From Candidatus Hydrogenedentota bacterium (GTDB taxonomy: Bacteria > Hydrogenedentota > Hydrogenedentia > Hydrogenedentales > SLHB01): a DNA stretch of 64,000 bases. The DNA lies in contig CAVUWV010000027.1 of the NCBI GenBank assembly GCA_963745075.1, positions 64,001 to 128,000 of the forward strand. Direction: 5' to 3'. Below are positions 18,636 to 27,352 of the stretch, piece by piece. The translations under genes were made by a program, and so were the position numbers. The first letter of the stretch is position 1. Each line of letters begins with the position of its first letter. The notes under the pieces are model-generated. The model was not told the DNA's origin, ran no database searches, and worked only from the letters and a program-made list of their open reading frames with translations.

Positions 18636-20354
18636 TTAGAAACTGAATCCACCGCCGATGGCGGACAAGGCAGCGCCCTGAGACTTGTAGGTCGCGGAAA
18701 GCTGCTCGAGCTTGGAAAACTGCAATTTGAGCCGCTGTTCTTTCTGGGAAGCTCGATCTTCCAGCCGGGTGATCTGATCGTTTAGCGCAGTAAGTTGCTG
18801 ATCGATAATCCCGTTGCTGCGCACCCGCTCGTTCAGAAATCCTTTCGTACTGGTGGCCTCGTCCAGGTAGCTGTAAAAGAGATCCGCAATACCCGTCTTT
18901 CCGGAATTGGAGAACAGGTCCTCCACGTTGCCCCGGTTCGTACGAAGGGCCTCGCGGAACGCGTCTTCATCAATCTGAAGTTCCGAAACGCTGCTCGAAT
19001 CGAAACTGTCGCCCGTCGAGAGCCCGACCTGGGTCAGCGTCTTGAACGTGCCACTGATCCCGGTCACCGTGCTGAACACGTTCGAGCGTAAGAAGTCTTC
19101 GATGAATCGGATCGAACTGTCGTTCTCCAGCAGACCACCCTGGCCGACCACGTCACGAATGGCGGCAACCGATTTGTTGTATTCCTCCACAAAACTTTGA
19201 ACGTCCGCGAGAATGGCGTCATCGTCCACGGATACCGTCACCGTGCTGGAGCCCACGCTTTGCAGGTTCAGCGTAACGCCGCCAATAGCATCAGAAACTT
19301 CATTCGTGTTGCGCGTCAGCGTGGCGCCGCCGTTAATGGCGAATTGGGAATCGTTTCCCGCGGTTTGTGTCGCCGTCGTCAGATTCGTCACGTCAAGGAA
19401 GTTACTCGTGTCGGAGGTGAAATTGATCGTCCGGCTACCCAACGTATCGGAGACGACGCGAATCGTGTCCGAGGATGTATCGTAGCTCGCCGTGACGCCG
19501 GCGTCACTGTCGTTGATCTTTCCCAGAATGTCGGAGACCGAATCAACCGTCGCATCCACATTGATCGAAACGCCGTTGACCCGGAAGCTCCCCGAGGTCA
19601 CGGCCCCGCCGGCGAAACTCACCGTATTGAGCGCGTCCGTTGCGTCGATGGCGCCGAGGTTTCGGGTGCTTGTCACTTCGGTGGATCCGCTGCCGTTGGT
19701 CGTTTGGGTAGCCTGATTGACGCGAATGACCTGCAGAAAATTGCTGTCGTCATCTGTCGCGCCGAAGTTGATCACACTGGTGTCGCTCGCCGCCGTATTC
19801 TCGACGGTGACCTGATCCGTGGTCGCGTTGTATGTGGCCGTCACGCCCGCAGTACTCGAGTTGATCGCCGAAAGAATGGAATTGAGACTGTCGGTCGTCG
19901 GGTCCACATTGAATTGCACGCCGTTGATCGTGAAAGTTCCCGTATCGATCGGCGTGGTAATCCCACTGTTCTCAAGTGTGGCGTTCGGATCGATGGGACT
20001 CCCCAACGATGCGCCGCTGCTGGCCACCGTCGCGCTCGCGAGCTGTGTCACGTTGATGCTGTACGAACCGGATACCGGCGACGAACTGGAGATTTCCGCC
20101 GTCAGCACGGATTCCTCGCTCGAGGTGGCTGCGAATTGACGGAAGATGTTGTTGAATTGGAAATCCTGGGCGCGATTCCGCAGGTCGGTCAGCGTCGTTC
20201 GCAGATCGCGAATCGCGCTTCGCTTTTGCGTGAGTTGCGAGACGCGATCCTGAAGCCGCAGGATCGGCTGCCGCTCCAGTTGGATCAACTGCTTAATGAT
20301 GCTGTTGGTGTCGAGGCCGGTGATGAGCCCGCCTACGCTGAAACTCCCACTCAT
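18636..20354 (-). CDS. fliD: Flagellar filament cap protein FliD
   Basis: GLITGLDTNSII N-terminus, YSINVTQLASA, FVEEYN, C-terminal QFSKLEQL; adjacent to fliS. Confidence 0.95.
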   Translation of the reverse strand: MSGSFSVGGLITGLDTNSIIKQLIQLERQPILRLQDRVSQLTQKRSAIRDLRTTLTDLRNRAQDFQFNNIFRQFAATSSEESVLTAEISSSSPVSGSYSINVTQLASATVASSGASLGSPIDPNATLENSGITTPIDTGTFTINGVQFNVDPTTDSLNSILSAINSSTAGVTATYNATTDQVTVENTAASDTSVINFGATDDDSNFLQVIRVNQATQTTNGSGSTEVTSTRNLGAIDATDALNTVSFAGGAVTSGSFRVNGVSINVDATVDSVSDILGKINDSDAGVTASYDTSSDTIRVVSDTLGSRTINFTSDTSNFLDVTNLTTATQTAGNDSQFAINGGATLTRNTNEVSDAIGGVTLNLQSVGSSTVTVSVDDDAILADVQSFVEEYNKSVAAIRDVVGQGGLLENDSSIRFIEDFLRSNVFSTVTGISGTFKTLTQVGLSTGDSFDSSSVSELQIDEDAFREALRTNRGNVEDLFSNSGKTGIADLFYSYLDEATSTKGFLNERVRSNGIIDQQLTALNDQITRLEDRASQKEQRLKLQFSKLEQLSATYKSQGAALSAIGGGFSF

Positions 20355-20470
20355 CGCGTCACTCCCAAGCCATTCCACAGTCTATCAGCGGTCTAGCTCT
20401 TGCGCCATCCATCCGTGGGGTTCGCCGCTGCCTTCCCCGCCCCGTCCAGGGGCACTTTCCGTCTCGCACT

Positions 20471-20498
20471 TTATCGGCACCCATGCCACAAACCTTTA
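20471..20498 (-). promoter_or_regulatory. Sigma28 (FliA/SigD) promoter upstream of fliD
   Basis: Minus strand reads TAAA-N16-GCCGATAA, about 115 nt upstream of the fliD start. Confidence 0.85.
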
Positions 20499-20814
20499 GA
20501 AAAAATCGATAACGCCATTTCCCATTCAAAGTATATTTGGTAAAGACTTATATAACAATATTTTACGAAATTTTTGCACGTGGTGGCGATGCGAATATTT
20601 GCTAGACTTATTTCTGATTAAATGAGAAAAATGACTCAAGTAAATGTGTTTTTATTGATTTTTTATAGTATATACGGCATATGGCCCTCGCCGCATAACG
20701 CCATACCTCCGTTAGTATACTCCACTTCCAGCGCTCGCATCCCGGAACCTGCGTTGAACCCAAATCGCAAACCCGCTAGGCTTGCCGCAAGTAGCCTCGT
20801 ACGGGGAGAACGCA

Positions 20815-22285
20815 ATGCGCAACCTATCACGCCGGGAATTCATGGAGCGCGCCGCAGCGGGGCTTATGGCAACTGCGGCAGGCCAACGCGCCGAGGCCCA
20901 AAACGCGACGCCACGTCCGAAACGCAATTTCGTGGTCGTCATGTCGGACGAACACAATCCCCGCGTGTCGTCGGTGCACGGCCATCCCATGGTGCACACG
21001 CCGAATCTGGACCGGCTCGCCGCCCGAGGCACGGTTTACGAGAACATGTACTGTCCGTCCCCGCTTTGCATGCCGTGCCGGAGCGCATTTATGTCCGGCC
21101 GTCGCGTCCACGAGGTCCAGTGTTACAGCAACTGCAACGTGTTCCCCTTCGAATATCCATCCTATGGGCAGGTGCTGCGGGAGCAGGGGGTCCATACCGC
21201 CCACATCGGCAAAGTGGACGTGTACCGGCCCGGCGCGGAACTCGGGTTCTCGGAAATGCTGCTCCCCGGAGACCGAAAGCCCCCGGGGGACATCAACATT
21301 TCGCGAGACCCCCTGGCTATTCGCGCCGATGGGGCGTCCCGGGCGCACGGGTATGGCCCCCGCGACCGAAATCCTTTCGGCGGCGACGATCGCGTCGTGG
21401 AGCGGGCGCTGGACTGGTTGGCGACCCAGCCGGAGGTCCTCGACCAACCCTGGGTGCTCGTCGTGCAGATTGTAAAGCCCCACTTTCCCCACATCGTGAC
21501 GCAGGAGCTTGTGGGAGCTATATCCCGACGGGGGAGATTTGCCTGAATACGGACGCGACGTCGCCTCGGCCAACCATCCCTATGCAACGGATCTGCGTGC
21601 CCACTTCCAGACCGACCAATTCGCGGAAAAGGACATACGCGGCCTGCGCCGGGGATACCTGGGCTGCGTCACCTACGTGGATCGGCAATTGGGCCGGATT
21701 ATGAACGCCCTCGACGCCCAAGGACTTACCGATTCGACGACCCTGGCCTACACTTCCGACCATGGCGAGATGCTCGGAAAGTTCGGGATGTGGTGGAAAT
21801 GCAGCCTCTACGAAGACTCGGCCCGGGTGCCCTTGGTCATTGCCGGACCGGACATTCCCGCGGGGGCGCGGGTCCGCACTTCGGTGGACTCCCACGATCT
21901 GCGCGCGACGGTATTCAAAACCATGGGTGCGACCCAGCCCGCCGAATGGGCCGGCGTGCCGGTGGATACGCTCGAGCCCGACGACCCGAACCATGTCACG
22001 TTCTCCGAGTATCACGGACACGGCACACGTTCCGGCGCGTTCCTCATCCGCAAGGGCGAGTGGAAACTCATTTACTGCATGGCCGCGCCGCACCAGCTCT
22101 TCAATCTCGCGGAGGACCCCGGCGAACTGAACAATCTCGCCGGAGTCCATCCCGGAAAACTGAGCGAACTGGAGCAGGAACTCCGGGTTATCTGTTCGCC
22201 CGAACGGGAAAACGAGCGGGCCACCGAGTTTATCCAGCGTCAACTCGACGCCATCGCCGCCTTACGGGGCGCCGTCGCTACTTGA
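20815..22285 (+). CDS. Tat-exported sulfatase (choline-sulfatase-like), split by a 1-nt insertion near 21510
   Basis: SRREFM Tat motif, MSDEH, CMPCR, KPHFP in ORF 20782..21546; TSDHGE and GEWKLIY in ORF 21509..22285; removing one T at about 21509-21510 joins them as QELWELYP. Confidence 0.88.
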
Positions 22286-22607
22286 TATTGAATTGTTTGA
22301 CAATGCTGCCGAGTTCGTCCGTCTTCTTAGGATGCGTACTGATGATCGTTACTTTGCCGTCCGGCGCAAACGCCACCGCATAGGCCATCCAGGAGTACCC
22401 GGCTCCCGAATCCATCACGGGCACGACCGTATAGGCACCGCCCGATCCGTACGATCCCTGCGCCTGAACCGAAGACGACATGGTCGCGACGGCTGCGGGC
22501 GAAGTAGTCTGCGCCTTCGCCACCGGGAGCGTTTGGGATACCACCGCGCCGAGAAGGGCCGAAAACATACAAAGGGCCAGTACGAGCAATGTCCGAGTCA
22601 GTTTCAT
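22278..22607 (-). CDS. Small secreted hypothetical protein
   Basis: RBS AGGAG, hydrophobic N-terminus ending AKA-Q; overlaps the sulfatase stop convergently. Confidence 0.7.
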   Translation of the reverse strand: MKLTRTLLVLALCMFSALLGAVVSQTLPVAKAQTTSPAAVATMSSSVQAQGSYGSGGAYTVVPVMDSGAGYSWMAYAVAFAPDGKVTIISTHPKKTDELGSIVKQFNIK

Positions 22608-22939
22608 CGTGCATTCTCCTGTAGTGCGTTGGCCTGCGGGAACGCGATGACATCAGCCAACGGTCCCCACCGGCGAAAACGGTTCCCGAAACAGTAGTCC
22701 CACAGCCGAAATCGGATTCGGCTGAACCCTATACTACCTTGCAGTTCATTCCCTACGGAAGCCTCATACCGGAACAACTCCAGGTTGTGTTGCCGGTACG
22801 AGGAACGTAAACTATGGGCTGCGCGTGCCCATCGCTGCCGCCCGCAGGGTGTCTCGTGCGGGGAAGGGGTGGGCGCGATACAATCACCGTCGTTGCGGCG
22901 GGGTACTTCCGCCGCAAAGCCAATCAGGAGCGTTTTTCA

Positions 22940-23479
22940 GTGTCCGAATCCGAGAGTGCCAACGTGCCCAATGAACTGGAACCTGCAGTGTCGCCCGCGA
23001 AGAAGGCGGACAAGAGCGTTTTGGCCAAAGGATGCGCCATTGGTTGCGGCGTCCTCATTGTCCTTGGGATTTTCGGCGGAATCGGCGGATACTTCTTGAT
23101 ATCGTCCTTAATGGGCAAAGTCGGCAGCGCCATGGCCAAACAGTTGGCGGAAGATTTTTCTGTGATGAAGGACAGCGGGGAAGTTCCCAGCGAGGACGTT
23201 GATCTGTACCAGAAATTGGTCGACATTTCGCAGCATCCGGAAACGACCTTTGCCGGCGCGCTGCTGACGACCACCGTGGTAAACAGCAACCTGGAGGACG
23301 GTAAGGTCGATGAATCCGAACGGCAAGAAGCCGAGGACACCCTCAACTTTCTCAAAGAACACCCCGACGCCGGTGTGTTCGCCGTCGACGCGTTCATGAA
23401 GAAGCATGAAGGGCTTAAAGAACGCGCCGAGAAGGTGCAACGAGGGATGAATCCCAGCACCCTCTTCGCGCCGAAATAG
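22940..23479 (+). CDS. Single-pass membrane hypothetical protein (paralog 1)
   Basis: AGGAG RBS then GTG 22940; KGCAIGCG + TM helix; acidic helical soluble domain. Confidence 0.75.
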   Translation: MSESESANVPNELEPAVSPAKKADKSVLAKGCAIGCGVLIVLGIFGGIGGYFLISSLMGKVGSAMAKQLAEDFSVMKDSGEVPSEDVDLYQKLVDISQHPETTFAGALLTTTVVNSNLEDGKVDESERQEAEDTLNFLKEHPDAGVFAVDAFMKKHEGLKERAEKVQRGMNPSTLFAPK

Positions 23480-23509
23480 ATTGCGCGCCCAGGGACGGGA
23501 GCCGTCGTC

Positions 23510-24022
23510 ATGACCGAAGAACCGCGCCCCAATTCCCCGAAACGCCGTACCTGCGTTGCCGGCTGTCTAATCCTTTTGGCGCTCGCGATCGTATTGGGCG
23601 CCATCATATTCTTCATGTTGAGCGGGTTCCTGGGTACGGTGGACCGGATGTCGAAAGATACCGTCGCTGCCGACCTCTCGATACGCTACGATCAGTTGAA
23701 GGCCTCGAACACGATTCCACCCGAGCACGAGGCGCTGTTCGGTCGCTTGTACGCCCTTTCACAGCGTACAACAACCTCGTTGGGCGCCGTCGTGTTGATC
23801 CGTGTGGCCTTTGAACAGGTGTCGAACGACGGGGCCGTCAATCCAAAGAACCTGGAATTCGTCCGAGATGTCGATAAGCTGGTCGGTGACCAAGGAAACG
23901 TAAACATCCGTCAGTTCGAGGGCTTTCTCGATGCCCATCCCGCCATTCGGGACGAGGTCGACGCGTACGTCGAAAAGACGATGAACATGGAAAAACCGGA
24001 ACCCAACCCGGTCGCCGAATGA
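23510..24022 (+). CDS. Single-pass membrane hypothetical protein (paralog 2)
   Basis: GGGAG RBS; TCVAGC + TM helix; aligns by eye to the upstream ORF. Confidence 0.75.
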   Translation: MTEEPRPNSPKRRTCVAGCLILLALAIVLGAIIFFMLSGFLGTVDRMSKDTVAADLSIRYDQLKASNTIPPEHEALFGRLYALSQRTTTSLGAVVLIRVAFEQVSNDGAVNPKNLEFVRDVDKLVGDQGNVNIRQFEGFLDAHPAIRDEVDAYVEKTMNMEKPEPNPVAE

Positions 24023-24038
24023 GCGATTCGACCTCTAC

Positions 24039-25535
24039 TCAATTGCGCCAGAACCCCGGCATGAACAGCACCAGGATGGCAATCATTTCAAGGCGTCCTA
24101 GCAACATCGTGAGCGACAAGAACATGGTTCCCGGCGCGCCGATGAGGTGATAGTCCCGGATCGCCCCCACGTGTTCCAGCCCCGGGCCGATATTATTGAG
24201 CGTGGCAATCATCGCGCTGAACGCACTTTCAAAGGGCAGGCCCAGCCAGGACAAGTACAGGCATCCGAACAGGAACCACATGGCGTAGAGGTAAATGAAC
24301 GCCGCGGTTCGACGCTGCACGTCGTCGCTCACCACTTCCCCGTCAATTCGCAAGGGCCGGACCGTCTTCGGCCGGAAGGTCGATTCCAATCGCCAATACA
24401 CCACCTTGAACATCATCAGTACCCGGACGACCTTGATGCCGCTTCCCGTTGAGCCCGCGCATCCCCCGAAGATCATGATTACGATCAACATCATTCGCGA
24501 AAAAAACGGCCAACGATCGAAGTTTTCCGTCACGAATCCGGTCGTGGTCATACACGAAACCACGTGAAACGACGCAATGCGAAATGAATGAGCCAGATTA
24601 TGGGCTTCGTGGCTTTCGATCGGCTTGTAGCTCTGGCCTTCGTCGGGGAATTGGCCTTCCACTCCCGCAAGATTCACCGCGATGAGGATCGTCGCCAACG
24701 CGAGAATACCGATATACAGCCGCCACTCCGAATCTTTCCAGAGCGCTTTCCAGTTGCCCATGCCCATCTCGGCAAAGAGGGCGAAGTTGGTTCCGCCGAC
24801 GACCATGCACGCGATCAGAATGATTTCGATGGGCAGGCTCTCAAAGGCGGCCGCGCTGGCTTGGCGATTCGAAAACCCGCCCGTGGCCAATCCGCCGAAG
24901 GTATGACACAGCGCTTCGAAGAGGTTCATCCCGGCAAGCATGAGCGCAACCGTAAACAGGACCGTAAAGGCGCAGTATATCTTCACGATCAGGCTGGCGT
25001 TTTTGCGAAAACGCGGGCGCAAGCGGCTTGGTGACGGCCCCGTTGCCTCCGATTTGGCGATGAGTTTCCCGCCCGCGCCGAAATACGGCAACACCGCCAC
25101 GAACATGATGACAATACCGATGCCGCCGATCCAGTGCGTGAACGACCGCCAGAACAAGATGCTCTTTTCCAGCGCCTCGATGTTTGCGATGACCGTGCAT
25201 CCCGACGTCGTGAACCCCGAGGCACTCTCGAAGTACGCGTCGACGAATCCTAGAGACCCCGCGAAATAGAAAGGCAGCGCCCCCAAGGCGCTGGTGAGAA
25301 TCCATGATATACCGACCAGGCCCACCGCTTCGCGCTCAAAAATCCGGTTGGGTGCGTTTTTCCCGAGGTAACGAAGGACTAAACCCAGGACACAGGACAC
25401 GGCACTGGAAAGGAGCAGCGACTCGATCGCGTGCAATTCGCCAAAGTATACGGCCCAGCCGACGGAGGGTAGCATCGCAACACCCACCGCGATGCAGATG
25501 AACCCGAGATACCGTGCAATGAGCTTGTAGTTCAT
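24039..25535 (-). CDS. trkH: Trk potassium uptake membrane protein TrkH (copy 1)
   Basis: FESASGFTTSG, WRSFTHWIGGIG, LATGGFS, GGCAGSTGSGIK, LNNIGPG, LGRLE. Confidence 0.95.
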   Translation of the reverse strand: MNYKLIARYLGFICIAVGVAMLPSVGWAVYFGELHAIESLLLSSAVSCVLGLVLRYLGKNAPNRIFEREAVGLVGISWILTSALGALPFYFAGSLGFVDAYFESASGFTTSGCTVIANIEALEKSILFWRSFTHWIGGIGIVIMFVAVLPYFGAGGKLIAKSEATGPSPSRLRPRFRKNASLIVKIYCAFTVLFTVALMLAGMNLFEALCHTFGGLATGGFSNRQASAAAFESLPIEIILIACMVVGGTNFALFAEMGMGNWKALWKDSEWRLYIGILALATILIAVNLAGVEGQFPDEGQSYKPIESHEAHNLAHSFRIASFHVVSCMTTTGFVTENFDRWPFFSRMMLIVIMIFGGCAGSTGSGIKVVRVLMMFKVVYWRLESTFRPKTVRPLRIDGEVVSDDVQRRTAAFIYLYAMWFLFGCLYLSWLGLPFESAFSAMIATLNNIGPGLEHVGAIRDYHLIGAPGTMFLSLTMLLGRLEMIAILVLFMPGFWRN

Positions 25536-25612
25536 AACGTCAGCGCTTGGGAACGTGTCGGCGTCAAAGCATTATTCCCTATGAATGCCCACTCTGGATC
25601 GTGCACTATTCC

Positions 25613-25812
25613 GGAATTCTCACACGCCCCAACCGTCGGGTGTGTAACCTTAGTCCGCTGCGAGACTTCACATAGGAATCCGAACTTATTGGGTTCACAG
25701 AGTGCGTGTGAGAATTCCTCAACAATGAGCCTACAGTTTTTCTCGAAAGCATTTCTCACCGCGCCCAAAGTATCGGTCCTCAACACGAAGACTTTCGGGC
25801 GGTGAGAATTGC
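25613..25812. repeat. Four related motifs in alternating orientation forming two stem-loops
   Basis: GGAATTCTCACACGC 25613-25627 and its perfect reverse complement 25704-25718; GCATTTCTCACCGCGCCCAAAGT 25749-25771 pairs imperfectly with ACTTTCGGGCGGTGAGAATTGC 25791-25812. Confidence 0.8.
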
Positions 25813-25815
25813 GGA

Positions 25816-27312
25816 CTACTTTCGCCAGAACGACGGCATGAAAAGCACCAATATAGTGACCAATTCCAACCGGCCCAGCAACATCGTCAACGATAGAAAC
25901 GCGATTCCTGCCGGTCCGATCAAATGAAAGTCGCGCACGGCCCCGACGAATTCCAGTCCCGGCCCGCAGTTGTTCTGGCAGGCCGTCATCGCGCTGACCG
26001 CACTGTCGAACGGCAGTCCGTATAATGACAAGAATAAACAGCCGAACACGAACCATCCAATGTACAAGACGAGAAACGTGAAGGCGCGATTCTGGATGGT
26101 TTCGTTGACAATCTCGCCGTTAATTCGAAGCGGCCGGATGGTTTTCGGACGAAACGTGGATTCCAGCCGATGATACGCAAGCTTCACATACATCAATAAC
26201 CGTAGGACTTTGATTCCGCTCGAGGTCGATCCCGCACTACCGCCAATCACCATCACGATAACGAGCATCATCCGCGAGAAAAACGGCCATCGGTCAAAGT
26301 CGTCCGTCACGTACCCGGTATCGGTCATACAGGAGACCACCTGGAAGGCGGCCACCCGCGCCGCGTGGCCGGCGGTGTAATGTTGTGCTTCAGGAATTGG
26401 TCTGTACGGCTCTCCCCCGTGTGGGAATCGTCCCTCCACACCGGTCAAATTCAACGTGACCAGCGCCGTGGCGACGACCAGGATACCGATGTACAACCGC
26501 CACTCCGTATCCTTCCAAAGGGCGTGGCGCTCGCCCAGCCACATCGAGGCGAACAGCCCGAAATTAGTCCCACCGATCACCATGAACACGATAATCACGA
26601 TCTCGATAGGCAGACTGTTGAACTCCCCGATACTGCCTTGACGGCTCGAAAATCCCCCCGTCGCCAGCCCGCCGAACGCGTGAATCATCGCGTCAAACAC
26701 GTTCATCCCGGCCCACATTAACGCCACGATGTTTAGCACGGTGAATGCAAGATAGATTTTGAAAATAAGCGTTGCGCTCTCGCGGAACCGAGGGAGTGGC
26801 CGGCTCGCCGTCGGTCCCGTCGTTTCGGACCTGACGATCAGCTTTCCGCCGGCCCCGATATACGGCAGCACGGCGATGAAAAGAATGACGATGCCGATAC
26901 CGCCCAGCCAATGGGTGAACGACCGCCAGAAGAGGATGCTTTTGTCGATGCTTTCGATATCGGTCAGGACCGTTGAGCCGGTGGTGGTGAAGCCCGAGAC
27001 ACTTTCGAAGTATGCCTCATTGATTCCCAAGACTCCGCTGAAGATGAAAGGCAACGCGCCGAGGGCACTGGTGATGATCCAGGTAAATCCGACGAGGCCG
27101 ATAGCTTCGCGCTCGAATATTTTCGTGACCGCGTGACGGCCCCACCAGCGGAGGCCAAGGCCCAGCGTGAGCGAAATAACGGCGGAAAGCAGCAGACTCT
27201 CAAGCGAGTGCAGCTCGCCGTAATACATCGCCCATCCGACGGAAGGCAACATGGCGACGCCGATGGCCATGCAAATCAGGCCAAGGTATTGCGCCATGAT
27301 GCGATAATTCAT
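25816..27312 (-). CDS. trkH: Trk potassium uptake membrane protein TrkH (copy 2)
   Basis: FESVSGFTTTG, LATGGFS, GGSAGSTSSGIK, LGRLE; same length (498 aa) as and near-colinear with copy 1. Confidence 0.95.
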   Translation of the reverse strand: MNYRIMAQYLGLICMAIGVAMLPSVGWAMYYGELHSLESLLLSAVISLTLGLGLRWWGRHAVTKIFEREAIGLVGFTWIITSALGALPFIFSGVLGINEAYFESVSGFTTTGSTVLTDIESIDKSILFWRSFTHWLGGIGIVILFIAVLPYIGAGGKLIVRSETTGPTASRPLPRFRESATLIFKIYLAFTVLNIVALMWAGMNVFDAMIHAFGGLATGGFSSRQGSIGEFNSLPIEIVIIVFMVIGGTNFGLFASMWLGERHALWKDTEWRLYIGILVVATALVTLNLTGVEGRFPHGGEPYRPIPEAQHYTAGHAARVAAFQVVSCMTDTGYVTDDFDRWPFFSRMMLVIVMVIGGSAGSTSSGIKVLRLLMYVKLAYHRLESTFRPKTIRPLRINGEIVNETIQNRAFTFLVLYIGWFVFGCLFLSLYGLPFDSAVSAMTACQNNCGPGLEFVGAVRDFHLIGPAGIAFLSLTMLLGRLELVTILVLFMPSFWRK

Positions 27313-27352
27313 TTCGTCCGCGCTCCAACGTCACCGAAAGGACCGTTCCCGA

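Noticed and set aside
20497..20690. oriC call for the AT-rich region
   Set aside because: No TTATCCACA-type DnaA box cluster and no dnaA or dnaN nearby; kept only as a low-interest finding
24556..24571. parS-like sequence GAAACCACGTGAAACG inside trkH
   Set aside because: Only 10 of 16 positions match TGTTTCACGTGAAACA and it is not palindromic
25536..25815. c-di-AMP (ydaO) riboswitch or CRISPR array upstream of trkH
   Set aside because: The ydaO consensus segments are not visible; the repeats alternate in orientation with irregular spacing and there are no cas genes
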